Source: Bacteriovoracia bacterium (GTDB taxonomy: Bacteria; Bdellovibrionota; UBA1018; JBFWNL01). Taken from it: a stretch of 64,000 nucleotides of DNA. Shown here one piece after another: positions 59,057 through 64,000 of the stretch; the first letter of the stretch is position 1; each line of letters opens with the position of its first letter. The stretch spans positions 96,001 to 160,000 of the forward strand of contig JBFWNL010000006.1 of assembly GCA_050251055.1 (NCBI GenBank), written 5' to 3'. The notes beneath the pieces are model-generated. The model was not told where the DNA came from, ran no database searches, and was given only the letters and a program-made list of their open reading frames with translations. A program made the position numbers and the translations under genes.

Positions 59057-61588
59057 TTAGTGGGCTCGTTTAGCGAAGCTCGAAACGCTTTCACCGCCCA
59101 TGCGCAGACCGAGGTCGCGGATGCGGGCGTTGCAGGCGTTGACCTTCTGAACTTCGGCGGCGTCCATTTGGAACTTCTGGGTCGTGGCCCATTTCGGGGC
59201 TACTTCCGCAAACGCGATACCACGGTAATCCGGATGGTTCGACGGGATCACGCGATCGCCCGAAGTGCCTTCCCACATGCGGGCGTAGTAGGACAGCTGC
59301 GCGCGTGGGAGGTCGAGGATTTTGCCGGTGATGCGAGCCTTGGCGAAGGCGCCCGGCAGCTTGCCGGCCAGTTCCTTGATGCCGGAATCGGCCACGCCCA
59401 CCTTGCGGGTGATCACGACGTGCGGGATGTTCAGGCGCTTGGCTTCCTTCTCGGCGTAGACGCCGTCCACGAGCACGAGTTCAGGCTTATGCTTGACGAC
59501 GGCCGGAAAGAGCGCATCCCGGTAGCCGGTGGTCTTGCCGAACATCAACTCCCAATCCGCCATGTTCTTTTCGTCCATGTCGTACGGGGCGGTCTTGATG
59601 ACCAGGTAGTTGTTGCCGACGCCCAGGTCGCTCATCAGGCCGTGCAGGTACTGGCCACGGGCACCGCTGAGCGCGCGGGCGGTGATGATGTCGTCGTAAC
59701 CGGCCGGGTCGGCGAAGATCACCACGCGCGGATTTTGGAACGTGCCGCGATAGTGGCCGTAGTCCATGTTGGCGGTGAGGCGCTGGCCTTGGCGAAGCTC
59801 GGGCTTCTGCGCGGGCGGCAGCTTGTTTTGCTTCTCGAGCCGCTCGAGCTGCTCGACTTTCTTCTCGAGGGGGCCGTAAAACTCATCACCGGGCAGGTTT
59901 TCGATCATCAGCTGGGCGAATTCTTCACCCGGGCCGGCGTCGAAAGTGTAGCGCGTGGCTTCGCTGCGCGGACGAGTCGTCCACATTTCCGAGTCCGACG
60001 GCTTCGTGGTGTAACGGCCGTTGAGCGAGTTCAGGATGGCCGGGTCATTTTCGTTGAAGGCCGAGCTTTCGCGCGTGCCGACGATGATGACGTTGGCGTT
60101 CAGGCGTACGGCATCGGAGACGTCCACCATGCGGGAGGCGGGGGCGCCGAAGTCATAGTATTCGGGACCGATGCTCGTGCGGCCGTACTGGTACTTCTTG
60201 CCAGCGGCGAACTGATTGACCTGGCCGTGGTCCGGTTCGATCTTCCATCCGCGTTGAACATACTTAGGGAAGGCGGCGAGATCTTTGGCGATCGCTTCGG
60301 ATGCCTGCTGGGGGTTCATCATGCTGAGACTGGTGGGGTGCGGGAACTGCACCATCAGGATGTCGTGATTGATGATCTGTCCGCCGACTTTCAGGCCCTT
60401 AAGCGAGATGGTTTTCTCGCCATTGATTACCATTTTGTTGTCGGTATCGTAGCCGCCCAGCTGAGCGGGGTGGATGATGCCGCTACCGTTGATGCCCTTG
60501 GCGAACACCATGCGCTTCTGCCAGGAGGTCGGATCGGAGTCGAAGGCCTTCTTGAACATAGCCTGAATCACCGGCATCGTTTCCATGATCGTGTTGCGGG
60601 ACTTCTGCTTGATCGCAGGATCCGTGCCGAGGTAACGCACGCCTTTGTACGTGGCCTCTGTGAAGACCACCGGCTTGCCGACGGGATATTCTTCGCGGAA
60701 AGTGTCGCGATATTCCTTGCGGAATTCCTGTTCAAAGACCGCGCGCGCGGCGGCGTCGGATTGATAGGCTTCCAGGTAAAGGTCCTTGCCTTCTGGAGTC
60801 TGCGGAACCGGGGCTTCCTTGTTGCCGCCGTTGCTGACCATTTCGAATTCGGGAACGCGGATGTTCTTGAGTTGTTCTTCGGTGTACTTCGTGCCGACCT
60901 GGCCGCCGTTGGCGGTAATGAAAGCGGCGGCGGTATTTTGGGCGGCGCCGCCGAAGAGCACGATCATTTTAAGGGAATCTGGGTTGTTGCGGATGATCCA
61001 CTCGATGAGGTCATTGCGCCACTGCGGAATCGGGCTCTCGAGGTCGTTCGAGATCATCCATAGGTGGTTGTCAGTGAAGGAGCCGTAGGAAATCTTCATG
61101 TCGCCGTTTTTGTTTTCGATGACCGGTGTGCCGAAAGACATGGCCTGGCCCCGGATTGTAAACGCGTAGGCGTTGATGAAGGCGGCGCTGGACGTAACGC
61201 CGAAGTACTTCGCCAAGTCTTGCGCGCGGCCGCCGAAGCCGGCCGTGGCGGGACGACCGGCGGCTTCTGCGATGTGCGTGCCGTCTTGGCCGATGAAAAG
61301 GATTTTCACGCTATTCTTGGGCTGCATCATGCGCCAGGGCATGGGGCCGAAGGCCGGGCGGAATTTCTGGTCGCCGGCGATCATCGTCGAAATGCCGGGG
61401 TAGTAAGGGATCGCGGAATTCAAATCGATCAGCTCCTTGCCCATCGGATCGGTGGGGTTTGGACCGGCGTCGTAAATCCACGTAGGCAGCGGGCCGTTGC
61501 CCGCGTACGTAAACGGGGTTTGCAGCAGCACGATCGCCGCGACGAACGAAGCGATCAGGGAGTGAAGACGATTTTTATTCGAGATCAT
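59057..61588 (-). CDS. Large secreted protein with two uracil-DNA glycosylase-superfamily-like domains
   Basis: Signal peptide; ILFIGQDG...GGRAQDLAKYFGV...FIN, FPHPT; second copy VVIFADPA...SGARGQYLHGLMSDLGV...YLVIKT. Confidence 0.7.
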   Translation of the reverse strand: MISNKNRLHSLIASFVAAIVLLQTPFTYAGNGPLPTWIYDAGPNPTDPMGKELIDLNSAIPYYPGISTMIAGDQKFRPAFGPMPWRMMQPKNSVKILFIGQDGTHIAEAAGRPATAGFGGRAQDLAKYFGVTSSAAFINAYAFTIRGQAMSFGTPVIENKNGDMKISYGSFTDNHLWMISNDLESPIPQWRNDLIEWIIRNNPDSLKMIVLFGGAAQNTAAAFITANGGQVGTKYTEEQLKNIRVPEFEMVSNGGNKEAPVPQTPEGKDLYLEAYQSDAAARAVFEQEFRKEYRDTFREEYPVGKPVVFTEATYKGVRYLGTDPAIKQKSRNTIMETMPVIQAMFKKAFDSDPTSWQKRMVFAKGINGSGIIHPAQLGGYDTDNKMVINGEKTISLKGLKVGGQIINHDILMVQFPHPTSLSMMNPQQASEAIAKDLAAFPKYVQRGWKIEPDHGQVNQFAAGKKYQYGRTSIGPEYYDFGAPASRMVDVSDAVRLNANVIIVGTRESSAFNENDPAILNSLNGRYTTKPSDSEMWTTRPRSEATRYTFDAGPGEEFAQLMIENLPGDEFYGPLEKKVEQLERLEKQNKLPPAQKPELRQGQRLTANMDYGHYRGTFQNPRVVIFADPAGYDDIITARALSGARGQYLHGLMSDLGVGNNYLVIKTAPYDMDEKNMADWELMFGKTTGYRDALFPAVVKHKPELVLVDGVYAEKEAKRLNIPHVVITRKVGVADSGIKELAGKLPGAFAKARITGKILDLPRAQLSYYARMWEGTSGDRVIPSNHPDYRGIAFAEVAPKWATTQKFQMDAAEVQKVNACNARIRDLGLRMGGESVSSFAKRAH

Positions 61589-61777
61589 GTCGGGTTCCTT
61601 CTAAAACACCGGTTTACCGCGCCTGCGCGCGGAGCGATTTCGCCCATTGAGTTCGACCGGCCAAGTACCATGGAATAACGCACCGTGTAAATCAAGTTTG
61701 AGAGGAATTCCGCGGGTGGGATATCTACAGGGAAGGATTGGTTAATTTTCCAAAGAAAACGTACCCGATTTTGAGGC

Positions 61778-62113
61778 TTAGGCGTCGATTTTCTTCGTCG
61801 CTTGGGCGTCGAAGTGGATCCAGATCAGGCGTGAAAAACGGAACAGTAGCGGGATCATTATAATGACTTGCAGGGAGGGGATGAGAATGACGCCTAACGG
61901 CCCCGACTGAACGACGAAAACGAGCCACACGAGGGTGGGCACGATCGAGAGGCAGCCCAGCAGGTAGCTGACGATCATGGCGCCTAAAAAGTAGCCGAAC
62001 TCCTTTTCGAAACGATGTCCGCACTGCCCGCACTGGGCGTTCATCAGCACGAACCCGCGAAAAATTTCGCCTTGGTGGCATTGGGGGCAGCGGTTGGAAA
62101 GGAGGCTGGGCAT
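61778..62113 (-). CDS. DUF983-family Zn-ribbon membrane protein
   Basis: CPQCHQGEIF...CGQCG, GYFLGAM, two TM. Confidence 0.85.
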   Translation of the reverse strand: MPSLLSNRCPQCHQGEIFRGFVLMNAQCGQCGHRFEKEFGYFLGAMIVSYLLGCLSIVPTLVWLVFVVQSGPLGVILIPSLQVIIMIPLLFRFSRLIWIHFDAQATKKIDA

Positions 62114-62755
62114 TTATCGAGGATCAGTATTAGCACGAAGGATATTGGTGCCAAGCACGAATTGCTCCAGCATGTAGACTGAAGTGACCCCGGGAATTCG
62201 GTTCAATACGTGGCTGTAAAGCTGCAGATCGCCTTCGCCATTTTGGATCCGGCCCAAGCCATAGAGCTCGATTCGCGCCGTGGGGAAGGTGACGCCGAAT
62301 TCCCCACGAGGATTCGTGACGTGTACGGGAGTTTGATAGGTGCAACCGGCCCTCAAATCGAGGTACCCATCCAAGTACTTGCCGTCTTCTAGGTTGGTTT
62401 GCAGAAGCAGCGACAACTCTCGGCTGTTCGCGGACATCGTGTACTCGTAGTACGAGTCGGCCTTGGTATTGGAATTTCCTTCCGGAGCTAGCGGGACCGA
62501 CACCGCCAACCGCTTTTCTCCCGGGACGTCGACCCGGTAGAGATAAAACGCTTCGATGCAAAGGGTGACGAATGCTTCGCCCCGGACGAGCGAGATGTTT
62601 CGGCGATCGATGAAGATATTCACCGATGGAGAGCTGACCTCGGGGGTTCCGCCGCGCGTACCGCTTCGAGACGGTTCCATGGATAGGTCGCCGCCACTGC
62701 CCGCGCAGCCGGAAAGAATGAGCACACCCCAGATGAAGAATGGATTGAGTTTCAA
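62114..62755 (-). CDS. Hypothetical lipoprotein
   Basis: Lipobox LSGC; start codon uncertain. Confidence 0.6.
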   Translation of the reverse strand: MKLNPFFIWGVLILSGCAGSGGDLSMEPSRSGTRGGTPEVSSPSVNIFIDRRNISLVRGEAFVTLCIEAFYLYRVDVPGEKRLAVSVPLAPEGNSNTKADSYYEYTMSANSRELSLLLQTNLEDGKYLDGYLDLRAGCTYQTPVHVTNPRGEFGVTFPTARIELYGLGRIQNGEGDLQLYSHVLNRIPGVTSVYMLEQFVLGTNILRANTDPR

Positions 62756-62850
62756 ATGGCCCCCTGCCCGTTAGTGTACTTATTTTATCAGGTATTAAAG
62801 AATTCGGAATCCGAAAAACATTACTGTAACTATTTGATATTAAATGATTA

Positions 62851-63708
62851 TTAAGGTTTAGGGGTGAGTCGGGTGATAGGGTAAGCCAACACTCCGAGGT
62901 GGTAGACGCTTTCCTTGGCGCTGGGCTCTTGCGCCATGGCCATCACTTGGTCGATCGCGCCAACTAGGATGGCTTGGGCTTTTTCGTACTGCGCTTCGCT
63001 CAATCCCACCGTCAGTCCCTCGAGCGTGCGACGCTCGCGCGGGGCCACTTCGATGGCGTCGATCGCGCGATTGAGCATGGACTGGTGATAGCGCGCGAGC
63101 GCGAGACGGTAAACGTCCCCGCGACACTCGATTAGATGCTCGTTGATGAGGCGAAGCGTCCCGTCGCCCGCTTTCTCGACGAAGCCGTTACGAATCAAAA
63201 AATCCAAGGCATTGCGGATCTCGTCTCGACGGGTTTCGAAGATCAGAAAATTCTGAATTTCCTCGATATTATGCGGTTTTTGCCGCAGTTCCACCATTTC
63301 ACGAATGACGACGCAAAGCCACTGGCTCATGTAGCGGTAGACTTCGTATTCGCGCGGATTCAAACGGCGATAGCGTTTCGAGCGTTGCGCTTTCTGCACG
63401 AACTCCTGATCTCCGGCCAGCGTATCCTGTTCGTCTTTTTCGCGCAGCGTGCGTAAGTAGCTGACCTCGTGCTCGGCGAGGCCCAGGTGGGGAAGCATCT
63501 TTTCCAGAAGTTCGGCGGGGAGTTTGCGCTGCCGGTTAAAGACGAGCGCGAAATACCCCATGGAATATCCGAGGGCGCGGGCGACCGCGCGTGCGCTATG
63601 GGAGCGGTCTTTTGCCCGGCGATAATCCGTCCAGGCTTTTAAGAAGGTGGCTGCGCTCGTGTAGTGAAAAATGTCCGGACGAGGAGGGATGGGTTTGGGT
63701 TTTCGCAT
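62851..63708 (-). CDS. TIGR02147/DUF4423-family HTH protein
   Basis: IFHYTSAATFL, SARAVARALG, WLCVVIREMV, YHQSMLNRA, RERR, VYHLGVLAYP. Confidence 0.85.
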   Translation of the reverse strand: MRKPKPIPPRPDIFHYTSAATFLKAWTDYRRAKDRSHSARAVARALGYSMGYFALVFNRQRKLPAELLEKMLPHLGLAEHEVSYLRTLREKDEQDTLAGDQEFVQKAQRSKRYRRLNPREYEVYRYMSQWLCVVIREMVELRQKPHNIEEIQNFLIFETRRDEIRNALDFLIRNGFVEKAGDGTLRLINEHLIECRGDVYRLALARYHQSMLNRAIDAIEVAPRERRTLEGLTVGLSEAQYEKAQAILVGAIDQVMAMAQEPSAKESVYHLGVLAYPITRLTPKP

Positions 63709-64000
63709 ACTTTCAGAGTACCATTCGCTTACACATTTTTATATATTTAAATAAAGTAAATTCTAATTATTAAAATAAATATAATAATATTAGTATATTA
63801 ACAAAAAAATAATAAATATCGCTTACTGATTATCATTTTTTATCTTGATCAAAATAGTCAATTTTTGTAATCTGAGGGAGTGAGGGCAGCTTGGCAAGGA
63901 TTTCAATCCGCGACACCCAGCCCTGGGTCGCCCACCCAGAGGTGTCGTCAACCAGAGCCGGAGGCTTGCTCGTAGGATCTCCTGAACAAACTACGACGAG

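Noticed and set aside
58805-61063. 752-aa plus-strand ORF
   Set aside because: Antisense shadow of the codon-biased UDG-like gene and ppiC; no motifs or RBS
63709-64000. Very AT-rich tract and a following hairpin-rich segment as an origin or ncRNA
   Set aside because: No DnaA boxes or iterons seen; consistent with a divergent promoter region and truncated by the window edge

Overview
Bacterial chromosomal window, most likely Bdellovibrionota/Oligoflexia-like. That assignment is an inference from the TIGR02147-type regulator, Bdellovibrio-style pilin-like and secreted proteins, and deltaproteobacterial gene order. The GC-rich core carries mltG, rho, grxC, rpmE-DUF1385-prfA-prmC-murA-HIT, a carotenoid operon (crtY-crtE-crtI-crtB with two unexplained flanking genes), a sphingolipid pair (spt plus a ceramide synthase-like GNAT), ruvCAB, lpxC and tRNA-Pro(GGG). 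Accessory DNA comprises three parts: (i) a visibly AT-rich three-gene signalling cassette at 1.4-6.3 kb (membrane class III cyclase, tandem-PilZ/N-acyltransferase, 7TM histidine kinase); (ii) tRNA-linked repeats and an integrase-less mini-element at 39.6-40.9 kb; (iii) a run of secreted or surface proteins from 41 to 62 kb. The most striking item is a type IV pilin-like protein fused to a complete two-repeat, 12-cysteine collagen IV NC1 (C4) domain (42963-44285). It lies downstream of three minus-strand genes sharing an ECF-type promoter motif (TGCAAC-N14/15-CGCATC), which suggests a small ECF sigma regulon. All calls come from reading the sequence by eye; no database searches were run.
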